Positions 14,757-27,280 of a DNA stretch of 64,000 nucleotides are shown here, one piece after another (position 1 is the stretch's first letter; each line of letters opens with the position of its first letter). The notes beneath the pieces are model-generated. The model did not search any database. It was given only the letters and a program-made list of their open reading frames with translations, and had not been told where the DNA came from. Made by a program: the position numbers and the translations under genes. This DNA is from Camelus ferus (lineage: Eukaryota), in the NCBI RefSeq assembly GCF_009834535.1, contig NC_045697.1, forward strand, positions 83,640,001-83,704,000, written 5' to 3'.

Positions 14757-15592
14757 TGTAAGTAATTTAAGTACCAAAAGCCAAAACTTAAACCATAAAA
14801 AATAACCTAGAAAGAAAACAGATGGAAAGTCAGACAACACCTCCTATCACCTTCCCATTCCACTCCCAGACTAGAAGCTGCCTGGCTGGAGATGGAGGAA
14901 TACCAGGGAGGGAGAAGAGAGAGGGACATGGGTATGAGTTTCTTCTCCCCTTGCCCCTCCGCCTTGTCACCAAAGCAAGTCCTAAAAATGAAAGGCTGAC
15001 AGATCTTCTTTAAGACTGAGGCTCCAAGAGGAGAGAAAGCTGTGCCCTACTTTCCATCTAAAAGTTAGCCAAGCAGCAATCTCATCTGTGTGTTCTGCCC
15101 ATCAATGGTATTGGAGCAAAATCGTAGAAACAGGACATGGTATTTCTAGTGATTACACAGTGTCCACAGTGGCACAGGACAACATATAAAAATCCCCATT
15201 CTCCATGGGAGCTGTAGAAACCTCTGAGAATTTAGATCCAAAGGGACCCAGTAGCTAGGACCAAGAGGACACCTACTGACCTGGAGACTGATGCCTGCAG
15301 GGCATGGGAAGAGCCCACTTACCTAAGACTGCACTTGACGAGATTCATACTATGCCAGCAGAAAACGGATGATGGCTGAGGCCAAAGTGTCACCCTCTAA
15401 CATCGTGTCCATTGCCAAGACCACCTTGAGAAGAAAGGGAGAGATGAATCCTGAATTTGACTGGGTTTTTCTAAAACAGAATTTAAAACCCCTAAAGTGA
15501 TGAAATATATCTTAAATGGAGACAGTTAGCAAAAACTAAAGAAACTACATTTCTACATAGGTTGTGGATCATGGAATTTATACCCATTATAC
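14757..15592 (+). mobile_element. Probable ancient LTR (family uncertain)
   Basis: TGTA...TACA bounded, about 830 bp, with an LTR-like 3' end (aaagaaactacatttct...atacccattataca). Confidence 0.3.
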
Positions 15593-15874
15593 AAGCATTA
15601 TACCCCAGGTTCAATTAGCAACAATGGAGACGCATGGAAAAAGAGCAAATGACAAGGGTCAAGAGTATTGACAGACTCTGCCTCAGTTAAGAAGAGCTGG
15701 GGGAGGCATTTACTAGACATGAGTCTGCAGCACATCTGCAGATTCTGATCTCCCTACAAGACGGCCTGTTCCATCCTATGGCAGACACACCCTAAGAGTC
15801 ATGCCCTTATATAATATTGCCTTGAGTGGGGGCAAAACCTGTAAATATGTTGGGATAGTCACTCTCCTGACTAG

Positions 15875-16612
15875 CACACCCCACATTCAAGCTGTCAAGA
15901 AATCCCGTCAGCTCTATCTTCAGTTTCTATCTAAAACCAGCCACTTCTCACCAGCTCCACTGCCACCACCCTGCTCTGAGCTAACATCCCCTTTATCTTG
16001 GATATTTGCCTCTATCCCTGTGCTCTATAATCTACTGTCAGCTCAGCACCCAAAATAATCTTGTTACAAATTAGGTCAGGGCACTCTTCTGTTGAAAATC
16101 CTGCAATAGCTCTCCTTTTCTGTCAGAGTACCAGGTCTTACGTGATCAGACATTGTTGCCTTTGTGACCTCAGGTCCTGTCCTTTCCCCTCTCTCATTCT
16201 GCAACAGATGCAACGGTTTCCTCACTGACTATCTTAGAGCCTTTGAGCTGACGTTCCCTCAAATGTCCACATGGCTAACTCCTGAAATGTATTTGGGTCT
16301 TTGCTCAAATGTCATCTTTCAAAAAAGGCCAACACCAACAACCTTAGATAAAATTTCACCTTTCCCCCCTCCCTTATACTCCCAATTCCTGTTACCTTGA
16401 TCTATTTTTTTTTTTTTTGCCATAGCACCTATAATCTTATAACTATAAAATTAACTAATTTTACTACATGTTTTCTTCTGCTCAAATAAGCTTCATGAAG
16501 GCAACTGTATTTGTCTATTTTCTTTCACCAATGTATCCTCACATTTATGTGTCTAGTCTCTGACACACAATAGGTGCTCAATAGATACTTGTTGAATTAA
16601 TTAATTAATTTA
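15875..16612 (+). mobile_element. L2 3' fragment
   Basis: L2 body motifs, ending acacaataggtgctcaatagatacttgttgaattaattaa. Confidence 0.7.
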
Positions 16613-17009
16613 GCAATAAATAAGTGGCAAAGGAAAAAAGGTAAAGGATGTGAGATTTAACATGGCACATTTTCATATAGTTAAGTGTTAGAAAAAAGTA
16701 TAACTTTTTATAAATCAGTAGATTTGACTAAAATATATATACTTCCCCAACCACACAAAGACTTAATGCTATGTCTTTCTTTTAAATAAGAAGAAACAAA
16801 TTCAAACTTTAGATAATAATGAATTCCTAATAAAGAATTAAAATCAGCAAATTAATTTTTAAATGTAAGACAAAAAAAAAGCTCTAGTCTTTTACTTTTA
16901 CTCATGTGGCGTTCATTTATATAAGCATTATAAGAAATTCATTCCTATCCCATTCTCATTCTTACTGTGTACATTAGTTCTTCCTGATTGTGATCATGTG
17001 CGCTTAAGT

Positions 17010-17440
17010 GGTGCTTTCCATTTACTGGACTGCTCTGGACTACTCATATAAATGATCCTAACAATAATACTAAAAGGGAGATTGCAAGTTTACAGATGAA
17101 GAAACAGGTTTGGGAAGGATAACTTTCCCAAGTCACACAAGAAGTCAGGTCAAAATCTGAGATTTGAGCTCAGATTTATATTTATCTTATACTTAATATC
17201 ATTCTTCCTCCTTGACAAAACATATCAGTTAAGAACGTGGACACTGGGCCAGTCAGACTATACTCAAATCCCAGGCCTAACCTTCAGTTTATCATATTAT
17301 TTCTCTGTGCCTCAATTTACTCATCTGTTAAGTGGAGATAATAACAGTACATTCTTATACAACTGTTTTGATGATAAAATGAGTTAATGAGCACATGCCC
17401 ACTCAATAACATTATCTATTACCATTATCATTATTATTAT
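17010..17440. mobile_element. Two MIR SINEs in opposite orientations
   Basis: tttacagatgaagaaacagg...cccaagtcacaca (17090-17140) and ctctgtgcctcaatttactcatctgttaagtggagataataacagtac (17303-17350) MIR cores. Confidence 0.7.
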
Positions 17441-18807
17441 ACTTATTACCTCAAGGAGGTAATAACAAGTAACTGTTCTTTTCAGAGCCCCTTTAATGTC
17501 TGCTCACTTTATATTTTCCTTCTTAGGCCTTCTCAGTCATTAATGTCCAGTGCCCTAAAGAATGAGAAATATTCCAAAATTCTTACTGCTTTTATCAAAT
17601 GTACGGAATTCCAGGGATTTCTTTCAGGACTCTTCTGACTTCTAAGACATACTGTACATTTATATAAATTATCATACAAATAGAAGGGTCTTACATTAAA
17701 GAAATATAAAAGAAATTTCTCTGGTTTTAATTCCACTTGATTTTCTATAAATCTACTTGGACAGAATTAAAAAATAACTACTAAAACATCTTATATAGTA
17801 AATTGGAGTATTTTCACATATCATCTGAAGTCTTTAATGTTACTCTTTTAAAAAGGGTGTTTTCTAGATTCAGCTCAAGCTAAAATTTTTCAGAGCTCCT
17901 GCCAGTTCTTTGAGGATCAAACAGAAATTAATCAATATAGTCCTTACAGTCTCATGAAGAATGCAAACCTCTAATACTGAGATTCAAGAGAGTGAAGATC
18001 TATTTCAATTATAAACAATGACTAATAGAAACCAGTTCCAAAGAATGTCATAAAATTTTCTCTATGAAATGATTTCCATTATAAAATTTGAAATACATTC
18101 CCACAGGAGAGAAAAAAAATATCCTCAATGTAAAACTTCTGGCAAATACAGAGGTAAGATCTGTAAAATCAAAACCAAAAAAAATTTGTCATCTTTGCTT
18201 TGATATACCAACAGGCAATTCATTTTTCCTTTTGAATACTGTATATATAATTTCCCAGAAATTTTTTTTTCACTTTCATCATCCCAGTCTCCTCATTCAA
18301 CAAACATTCACTGAGTGTGTACCATGGACCAAGTACTATTTAGGTAAGATGATTACAATTACATCCTTGCCCTCTGGTAGACTGGGCAGAAATATGTCAT
18401 TTCTCCAACAGAATCACTTTCTACTCTGATACACTCCAAATTAAAAATGTATCAACTTAAACACTTCAGACAATAGAAAATGAATTAAATTTCCACTTGA
18501 TTAATTTAGTACTTTAAAAACCTGCACATCGAGTTCACATAAAAAAAAGATCTGTGCTATTTCAATTACATTCTTAGAATCTGCATCTGAGGAAAGTTGT
18601 TCCTTTTTAGTGGAATAAGGTTTTCAATATTCACTTTGGATATTTATTATATAAAAGTGGAGTCCAGAGGGTAAGTTGGTAGAGCCATTATATATGCTGA
18701 AATTTTCATGTTATTATCCACACATTCATTTATACATTCATGCACAATAATAAATGAGTGCATTTAATTTAAAACCTTGGGTTAAATAGACCTAAACAAT
18801 AGGTTAA

Positions 18808-18825
18808 CAGCGCCACCTAGTGGCC
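18808..18825 (-). promoter_or_regulatory. CTCF binding site, near-consensus
   Basis: Minus strand GGCCACTAGGTGGCGCTG matches the CTCF core CCAsyAGrkGGCrS. It is an isolated GC-rich motif in AT-rich DNA. Confidence 0.75.
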
Positions 18826-20649
18826 TCATAAAAATTGGATGCTTGATTCCATTGGGTTTTTACATAAACATAAGTTTATCTTTTCACCCATACAGATGTG
18901 AATATTTAGAGTACTAGAATAAATGTCTGACATCACGAAACATCTATAAAGTATATTACAGGGGAAAATAAAAAAATAGAATTTTAGTTAGTTATCATTC
19001 AATTTTCAACTTATTTTAATATGTCCAGTATAAACGCATTAAATATTTTACAAATATTATTTTATAGACACTATAAAACAGTAACAGCTTGGTGTGGAGG
19101 AAATACATACTCATGCTAATTTTTAATTTAAATGAATTTAAATTCATTACAAGTATTGAAGTGGGCCCCTAATGTGGCCCAGGATTCCTACAACACTTCC
19201 TAGTCTATTCACACTAGCCCCTAACTACACCTTCCCCTCTCTCCTGAAATATCCACACTTCCTCCCCCAGCTGCACTTTCATTTGATGACCTTGCTTTCT
19301 ATTACTCTGAAAAAAGGGGGAGGGGGATTTAATGGAAAAGACATTCAAAAGTTCATACCTCATGACCCACTTACCAATATATTTACCCAGACACTCCTGT
19401 TTCAGTGGATGAACTGCTTGAACCACCATTTAGGCTAACTCCTACTTTGTGCACACAATCCCACCTCCTCAACCAAGTAATTTACCAACTCTCTCCTACA
19501 TAATCAATTTCCTTCATTTCTACCAGATTTTTCCCATCAGAATACAAACATGCTTCACATGTTGCCATGCTTAAAAAATAATCCACACTTCATCCCACAG
19601 CCCTCTGAGATACTGCCCCATTTTTCTTCCCCTTTATAATACCTCAAATGAGTTATCCAAATCCATTGCCACCGACACTTCTCCTTCCATTTTCTCTGAA
19701 ACAGTTCTAAACAAGGTCCCAAATGACCTCCACACTGCAAATCCAATAGTCATTTCTCAACAACCATCTTACTTGTACCATGAACAGTTCATCTCGCCCT
19801 CTTATTTGAAAACCTTTCTTCCTGACTTTCAGGACACAGCACTCCACTGGCTTTCATCCTTGCCTCACTTCTCAACCTCCCTGGCTAGTTCCTGATATTT
19901 TTCTTGGTAGATGTTGACAGGCCCAAGGACTGGGTCTTATTTTCAATCTACACTTTGTCTCTTGGCATTAGAATCCTACCTCATGGCTTTAAGTGCCACC
20001 ATGACAGCTCCCATATTTGTCTCTCCAGCCCAGACCTCTCCCCAGAACTCCATACTCATATAACCAACTCCCTACTTAACAGCTCTACTTGGATGTCTAA
20101 AGGACATATCAAACTTAATAGGTACAAAGCTATGTTCTTGAGTACGCCTCCCCACAAAACTCCTACTCCCACAGTCATCTCCCTCTCAGCAAATAATCAA
20201 AAAATCGTGAAGCCATTTTCCTCACACCCTATTTCCCTTTCTCTTACATCCTATATCTAATCTGTCACCAAATACTGTCAGCTGTACCATAAAAATATAC
20301 CCAGAAATGAATCATTTATTTTCTCCACTGGTACCAAGCCAACACCATTCTCTCATCTGTATTACTGCACTAGCTTAAATAATCTACCTGCTCCAATCCT
20401 ATTCCCACCACTATTCTCTCTTCTCAGTAGGCCTTTGAAAGAACATGCAAATCCAAAGTCATATCATAACATTCTTTTACTCAAAAGTCACCAATGGCTA
20501 CCAAGCTTACTCAAACAAAATGAAATCTAAAAACTGTACAATGACTTATAAGGCCCTAGGTAGCCTATTACCTTTCTAACTTCACTTCCTACTTGCTTAC
20601 CCCACTCCAGCCAAACTGATCTCACTTTTGTTCCTTGACTGTACCAAGT

Positions 20650-21168
20650 ATATGAGTTACTGCTTGCTGAATAAAAATGATCCCCAAACGTACTGGCTTA
20701 AAACAACCTTATCTCACACACTTTCTGTCGGTCAGGAACCCAGGTATGGCTTAGCTGGATTCTCTGCTTGAGTGTTTCTCAAGACTGCAATCAGCACCTC
20801 GGTCTGTAGTCATCTCACAGCTTGGCTTGTTAAAGATTCACTTCCAAGCTTGCTTACCTGGTTGTTGACAGGATTCAGTTCCTCACAGGCTGTTGGTCTG
20901 ACAGCCTCAGTTCCTTACTGGATGCTGGCCAGAGGCCACTCTCTGTCCCTTGCCACATAGGCCTCTCCAGTATAGCAGCTTGGTTCGTCAAAGCAAGCAA
21001 GCCCAAAAGGCAAGAGAAAGAATGGTAGCAAGACACTAGTCAGTCTCTTAAACCTAATCCCAGAAGTGACGTCTCATCACTTTGCCACTCAAGGGAAGGG
21101 GATTGCATAAGGGAGGGAGTAACTTAGGGGAGGAACACTAGGAGCCTTGTAAAAGGCTGTCTACCACA
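20650..21168 (-). mobile_element. MaLR LTR (MLT1-like) inside L2
   Basis: ccccaaacgtactggcttaaaacaac...ggtcaggaacccaggtatggcttagctgg...ctaccaca. Confidence 0.7.
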
Positions 21169-21391
21169 CCAGGTTTGGTGCAGTCAGGAAGCAGTGGTTG
21201 CTTAGAATATTCTTCTTCCAGATACCAGTATGTTTCACTTCCTCATCTTCTTCAATGTCACCTTCTCAGTGAGACCGTCCCTGGGCACTCTTTTTAAAAT
21301 TACAGTTTCTACCCCCCAGGCACTTCTCATCCCCTACCTTATTTTTCTCCACAGCATTTACTGACTTTAACATACCATACAATTTATTTAC

Positions 21392-21900
21392 TGTGGTTAA
21401 TTTTTATTTTGTCAACTTAGATAAGCAGGACTACATTTCCACTTTCTCCTGAGTAGTTCCAGGATAGCATGGGCCACAGAGACATTTTGCCTGAGATTTG
21501 GAAGGTGGAAGTGGAACAGCATTCTTATACTTTTTATACCAAGAAGATCAGTGGGCACAAGGCAATACTGCAGATCATGCAAACTGTCACCTATTCTGCC
21601 AGCTCATCTTGTAGGTGTGGGGTGACAGCCAGGCCCAGACCTTCTTCAACGCCTGCCAGGTCTTCTCTTTAAACTTCAGCAACACTTGGGTCTATGACAA
21701 AGGACTGGCTCCTCCTGCAGATCACCTCCACCGTCAAAGTTGAACCCTTGGAACCAGGGAGAAACCAACGCAGATTCCAGTCCATTCCCATGGATCCCAG
21801 TTCATCCTTGCAGTTGCCGATTTTCCTGCTTCCTCCACTTGACAATGTGATTTGACCTTCGGCCAGCAGTTCTGCTCCTCTGATAGAACTCTAATACTCA
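21392..21900 (+). mobile_element. ERVL LTR (MLT2-like) inside L2
   Basis: Starts tgtggttaatttttattttgtcaactt...gactacatttcc and ends tctgctcctctgatagaactctaatactca. Confidence 0.65.
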
Positions 21901-22229
21901 CTTATGTCTGTTTTCTGCCATGAAAACACAAGCACTGTGAGTAAAACATTTTGTCTGTTTTGTTTACTGCTCTTGTCCCAGCACCAAGAACAGGGCCTGG
22001 CATATAGTAAGAATTCATTAAATATTTACTGATGAACAATTTTAAAAACATAAGGCACTAAGAATAAATATCAAAGACGACAAGAAAAGGAAGAGACTAA
22101 TCACTGATGTTCTAGAAGAAAGATTCCTGTAAAAAAATAAATAAAAACTGAAACGTCTTAATGAGCAGGTAGGAAGAAGGAAGTTTGTAACTGCAACACA
22201 ACCTCACCCATTTTGATTGAGGCAGTTTT

Positions 22230-22695
22230 AACTTGTTTCAACAAATATTTACATTCCCCTCTTTAAGAGATGAAGCATAATTTCCCTTCCTTTTTTGTGA
22301 GCCGAAATTAGTAACTCACTTCTAACAAGTGATGGCGTATAACTTCTCAGTCTAGGTTATTAAAAAAACATTGGGCCTTTGTTTCTTGGATCACTCACTT
22401 TGGGGAAAACCAGCTGCTGTAACTTGAAGATGCTCAAGCAGTCCTATGGAGACCCACAGGATGAGGAGTTGGAGTCTAACAACTACTTAACTTGCCAAGA
22501 TCGTGAGCCAGCCACCTTGGAAGAGGATCCTACGGCCCCAGTGAGCCTCCTGACTGCAACCTAATGAGATACACAGAGAGCACTAAACTGCTCTTGGATT
22601 CCAGTCTGCAGAAATTATATAAGATGATAAACCCTTACTGTCTTAATCCACCATGCCTTAAGCTAATTTGATATATAGCAGTCGATAATAAATAC
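22230..22695 (+). mobile_element. MaLR LTR (MLT1-like)
   Basis: agtaactcacttctaac...gagccagccaccttggaagaggatcct...atagcagtcgataataaataca. Confidence 0.65.
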
Positions 22696-23569
22696 ACTGA
22701 ATAATAAAGAAACACACTAAAAATTGGAAGTGAAGGATTGAAGAAATCAAAAATAACTCCAAGGTTTTGAGCTTTGAATAATTTGGAAAAACTCTGATAT
22801 AACTGACTGTAAGTGACTTGATTCCATTGTAGTATTGAGGCAAGGGTCATGTCTGCTCAACAAACATTTGCTAGAGTCTTGTAAATGTTAAACTGAAAAA
22901 AGTGTTCAGAACTGAAAAGAATATTCTAGTACAGATAGGGGAGAACTTCTTATCTCCTCTCACCTAAACACTACACTTTTATTACAATTTTCTCAGCAGT
23001 GGTTATCACATTGCTAGTACACACCAACTGCAAGTTTAAGTACCCTAAGTATTTTAAGATGAAAATAAGCCCACAGGACATTTCCTGATCATATATCCTC
23101 CCACTTATCTCAACAGTCACATGAGAGATGTGCAGTTATGTAAATTTTGTTTCCCTGATGATTACCATCGAGTCTATACTAAAACCCTACAAGAAAAAAG
23201 GAAATAGAGTAGGGAGAAGTAGCAGAGTTTGAAGAATGAGCTTTTAAGAACAAACTGTTTCAGTTATGTATCAAATGCACAAATGAAATACTGTCCATCA
23301 TTTTATCAGTCTAACAGCTTCACCTCACATTCTACCTTGAAAATACTTAAACCTTTATTTACAATTTATACTTCTTCTATTACTACATTATTCTAAGCCT
23401 TCAAGATTTGGCTTAAACAGTGGTTAAATTCATTAGGTATGATCTCAAATTCCTCCAAACTTAGAAATATGGCCGTCACAGCCACAAATTTCACACTAAC
23501 AGACAGAAATCATCATTAAAGCACTACTTCTTAAAATGAAAACATAATAGACTGTAAAGGTACGATTGC

Positions 23570-24235
23570 TTTTATTAAGTTTTACTTTTAAATAGTTTTA
23601 GATTTACAGAAAAGTTGCAAAAATGGAACAGGGAGTTCCCACACATCCCTCTTCCAATTTCCCCTATTGTTAACATCTTACAATATCATGTACCTCTGTC
23701 ACAACTAACAAACCAACATTGGCACACTGCTGTTAACTAAATTCCACACTTTATTCAGATTTCTCTAGTTTTTCATTAAAGTCCTTTTTCTGCCTGAGGA
23801 TACAGCCAGGATACCACATCACATGCAGTCATTACGTCTCATCTCCTATGCTGTGGCAGTTTCACAGACTTTTGTTTTTCATGACCATGACAGTTTTCCG
23901 GACAGGTTAGGAAATTTGTAGAGCGTCCATCAGTTTGATTTTGTCTGATTTTCTCTCATCGTTAGACTGGGGTTAGGGCTTTGAGGAAGAATAACACAGA
24001 AGGAGGTGAAGTACTCTTCTCACCGCATCTTATCGGGGTACACACTATCAACACGACTTACCACTCACGCTGGTATTTCTTACCCGGCCCAGGTAGTGCT
24101 TGCAAGATTTCTCCAGTGGAAAGTTATGCTTTCCCCTCTTGCCTTACCCTACCCTTTGAAAGCAAGTAACTAAGCACAGCCCATATGCAAGACAATGTTG
24201 GGGGAGGGAAGAGGGATTAAACTCCACCTCCAGGA
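23570..24235 (-). mobile_element. L1MC-like 3' fragment
   Basis: agttttagatttacagaaaagttgcaaa...ttcccctattgttaacatctta...gttagactggggtta. Confidence 0.65.
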
Positions 24236-24570
24236 AAGAACCGTCTTTTGAAAATAAATATAAAACTTACTCAATTACTGAAAAACATACTGAGTACCTC
24301 AAAGCATTTGACAGTGTAATTTAGTGCCCATTTAATGTGAGTCACCCTGCTTAGTTAGGCACCTCAAATAAGCGTTAGACGCAGTCCTCACCACGAGGAG
24401 TTTATAATATGATAAAGTACCACAAGAAAAATGCTGGTTAAGTAGTATAGTGTCACAAAAAGGGAGAAATCAAATTCAGTTGGTGTAATGAAAAGTTTCA
24501 TAGAACAAGAGATATTTAAAAATGCAAAGTATTTAAAGCTGAGTAGGATTCTGACAGATGAAAACAGATG

Positions 24571-25022
24571 AAAATTCAACATCCACTAATGATAAAAAAA
24601 AAAAACTTCTCAACAAAGCGGGTATAGAGGAAATGTACCTCAACATAATGAATACCATGCATGTATATCAAGCCCACAGCTCACATCATACTTAATGGTG
24701 GAAAGCTGAAAACTCTTCCTCTAAAATGAGAAACAAGACAACCAATAAACTCATAGTACAATATGCCAGTTATAAAATAAATAAGTCCTGGGGATATAGC
24801 GTACAACATAGTGGCTATAGTTAATAATTCTGTATTGCATATTTGAAAACTGCTAAAAACGTAAATCTTAAAAGTTCTCCTAAGAAAAAAAATGTAACTA
24901 TGTATGAGGATGGAGGTTAACTAGACTTACTATGATGATCATTTCACAATAGTATGAGATCATTATGTTGTACACCTAATATAACTGTTTTGTCAACTTT
25001 AGGAAGAAAAATGGGATTGGAA
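24571..25022 (+). mobile_element. L1 insertion: ORF2 fragment joined to an L1MA-type 3' end
   Basis: aaaattcaacatcc...gggtatagaggaaatgtacctcaacataa (ORF2-like), then ataagtcctggggatatagcgtacaacatagtggctatagttaataat (3' UTR). Confidence 0.65.
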
Positions 25023-25195
25023 AAAATAGATGGGAAATATGTGGGAAGACATTCAAGATGGAGAAAAGGGCATAAACAAAAATATGAGGGTTCTCGCTCG
25101 CTCCCTCTCTTTCATGCAGTGTTTTAGCACTTTAATCCAATGGAAACATTGATTTTAAATCTTCAGTAAATCTTAATAGCTTGGGATAAGTGGCT

Positions 25196-25563
25196 GGTAT
25201 GAGCTGCAATTGAGTCCCCCAAAATTTATTATGAAGTCCTAAACCCCAGTACTGATAATATGACTATATTTGGAGACAAGGTCTTTAAAAAGATAATTAA
25301 GGTTAAATGAGGTCATTAGGACAGGCTCTAAACTAATATGACTGGTGTCCTTATTAGAAGGTATTAAGATAAAGAAAGACACGGAGGGAAGAGGATGTGA
25401 AGAAACAGGGTCATCCACAGGCCAAGGAGAGTTCTCTAAAGAAACAAAACTATAGGCAGCTTGATCTTAGACTTCTAATCTTCAGAACAGTGAGAAAATA
25501 AATTTGTTGTCTAAGCCAGTCACTCTGTGGTATTTTGTATACCAGCCTCAGCAAAATAACACA
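25196..25563 (+). mobile_element. MaLR LTR (MLT1A/B-like)
   Basis: gaagtcctaaaccccagtac...tatttggagacaaggtcttt...ggttaaatgaggtcattagg...gcaaaataacaca. Confidence 0.75.
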
Positions 25564-26099
25564 GATGGTCAGTTAGAGATTCTAAATAAAATCTAATTTG
25601 GCAAAACTTCTCACAGTGATTTGGTATTTAAGCCTTGTTACTGAATAGTCCTTTCCATTCACTAGTTAGATGAAGACAGTGAAGTAAGGTGAAGTAAGAA
25701 AAAGTAAGATATGGTAAGATAAGGTCAGCCTTAGAAAAAGCTTTAATGCTATCAAATTAAAATTTGTCCCACAAACTTGTCCATTCCAACCCTAACCATA
25801 ACAGCAACTTTTGCCCTTACTAATTAAATTCTTTCCACCAGAAAAGTATGTAGTGATTCTATGAAGCTTCGTGGATCTCTACTGTAGCACTTTATTCACC
25901 AGACCTCTTGAAAACATTACCCCTTACAACTGCTGCAACGTAGTGCCCCAAATGGTCCACTAAATAAAAGTGTTACCCAGATCCTCTTTTTTTGTTTTCA
26001 CACCGGAGGAAAATAAAATGGTAAAGTAAAAAATAAAAGAAGTGGCATTTAATGAGCACATGCCTAAGGCTAAAAATGTTCCTACACATCTGTAATTCC

Positions 26100-27280
26100 C
26101 CTTCACAAGCGGCAGCGCTACCATTTCTTTAACTGCACTCTGAGAAACGCACGGCAGGGGAGGTAAGAGCAGGCAGGCGCTGGCTTTCAAGAGCCGACGG
26201 AAGCTCAGGAGCGGCTACCCGCCGACCACAAACTGGGATCACAGGGCAACACGGAAAAGCGTACAGACGCACGGAAATGGGTCTCCCACACACTCGTCGG
26301 GTCTAACATCCTTTCCTTTTCCTATTCTTGTGTTTACAAAAGTCGGCGAGGCTTTCCCTAAGAGACTAGACTCCCCCAAACCAAAAATAAACAAAAAAAA
26401 ATAAAATAAAACAAAAACTGACTGCAGACCATTGGACACCTGCGCTTCAGAACAGCAATTTCAAAGGAAGACGAAGGATACGGAGTTTTTTAGCAGAGAG
26501 GCAAAAAAAAAAAAAAAACAGCTAGTTCCATATAAATTAACCTACCAAAAGGGTAAGAAGCAGAGAACTATCGAACCTGGTGTTTCGGTAACAATGGTGA
26601 CCTCTAAGGTAACTACCCCGAAGTAAACAGGAAACAGCACACCCGTTCCACTTTCTTCAGTCAGCGGGCGCCCGCCCTCGTGAGGATTTCCTGGTCTCGC
26701 GAGAACTTTCTGGCGGCTCTGTGTGCGCATGCGTCGGAATCGGAGGCCAGGTGAGCAGCACAGAGCAAGAGGATAGGCGGGGGAGGTGAAGAGGCGGAGG
26801 AAGGGGCGGGGCCACCAGGAAGGCAGTGGCCCACAGATGTGGGTGGGACGCGGCGAGCTTGGGGTTGGGGAGGCGGGGCGGAGAGAGAAAGCGCGTTGGC
26901 CGCGCTCCTCGCGGCGCTTCCCCGGAATAGCGTCATCAGCTCTATAAGAGAGCGTGTGCAGAAGGGCTCGGTCTTTTACAGCCGGAGAGCGTCTAGTTTA
27001 GGTTAAGGTACGCGTTCTTGTTTTGTGCGCTAAAATACTTGGGACGGAACTTTTTGTCTTAGTTTAAGATGCAGGAGATTCAGCAATCTTGTAGTGGTAG
27101 GTCGAGGTCAGTTTTGGAAAGCCTGAGTAGACTGAGACGTCCCTTAGTTCGCTCGGCAGCCACGTGCAGCCCGGGGAGCTGAGTCGGAAGCCTAGCGCGC
27201 GTGGGCCGTGGGCCCTCGGGCAAGGGTTAAATGCAGCTGATGCCTCTGGTGTAGAAGTCGTTAGCTCTGCTGTCGGTGTC
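26100..27280. promoter_or_regulatory. CpG island / SNHG8 promoter
   Basis: Only CpG-dense region of the window. Contains TCTCGCGAGA (26695-26704), NRF1-type TGCGCATGCG (26724-26733), GC box GGGGCGGGGC (26803-26812), TATAAG (26943-26948) and E-box CACGTG (27161-27166). Confidence 0.85.

Larger units (their letters stand above)
19200..22035 (+). mobile_element. Long L2 relic interrupted by two LTRs
   Basis: L2 motifs (aatgacctccacactgcaaatccaat, ctctccagcccagacctctccccagaactcca, ctggcatatagtaagaattcattaaatatttac) resume after each LTR. Confidence 0.7.

Noticed and set aside
27063..27096. Extra SNHG8 mini-exon (tcttag|...|gtaggt)
   Set aside because: The upstream intron would be only 55 nt, below the usual mammalian minimum. 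It may act as an alternative exon 1 donor, but this is unsupported.
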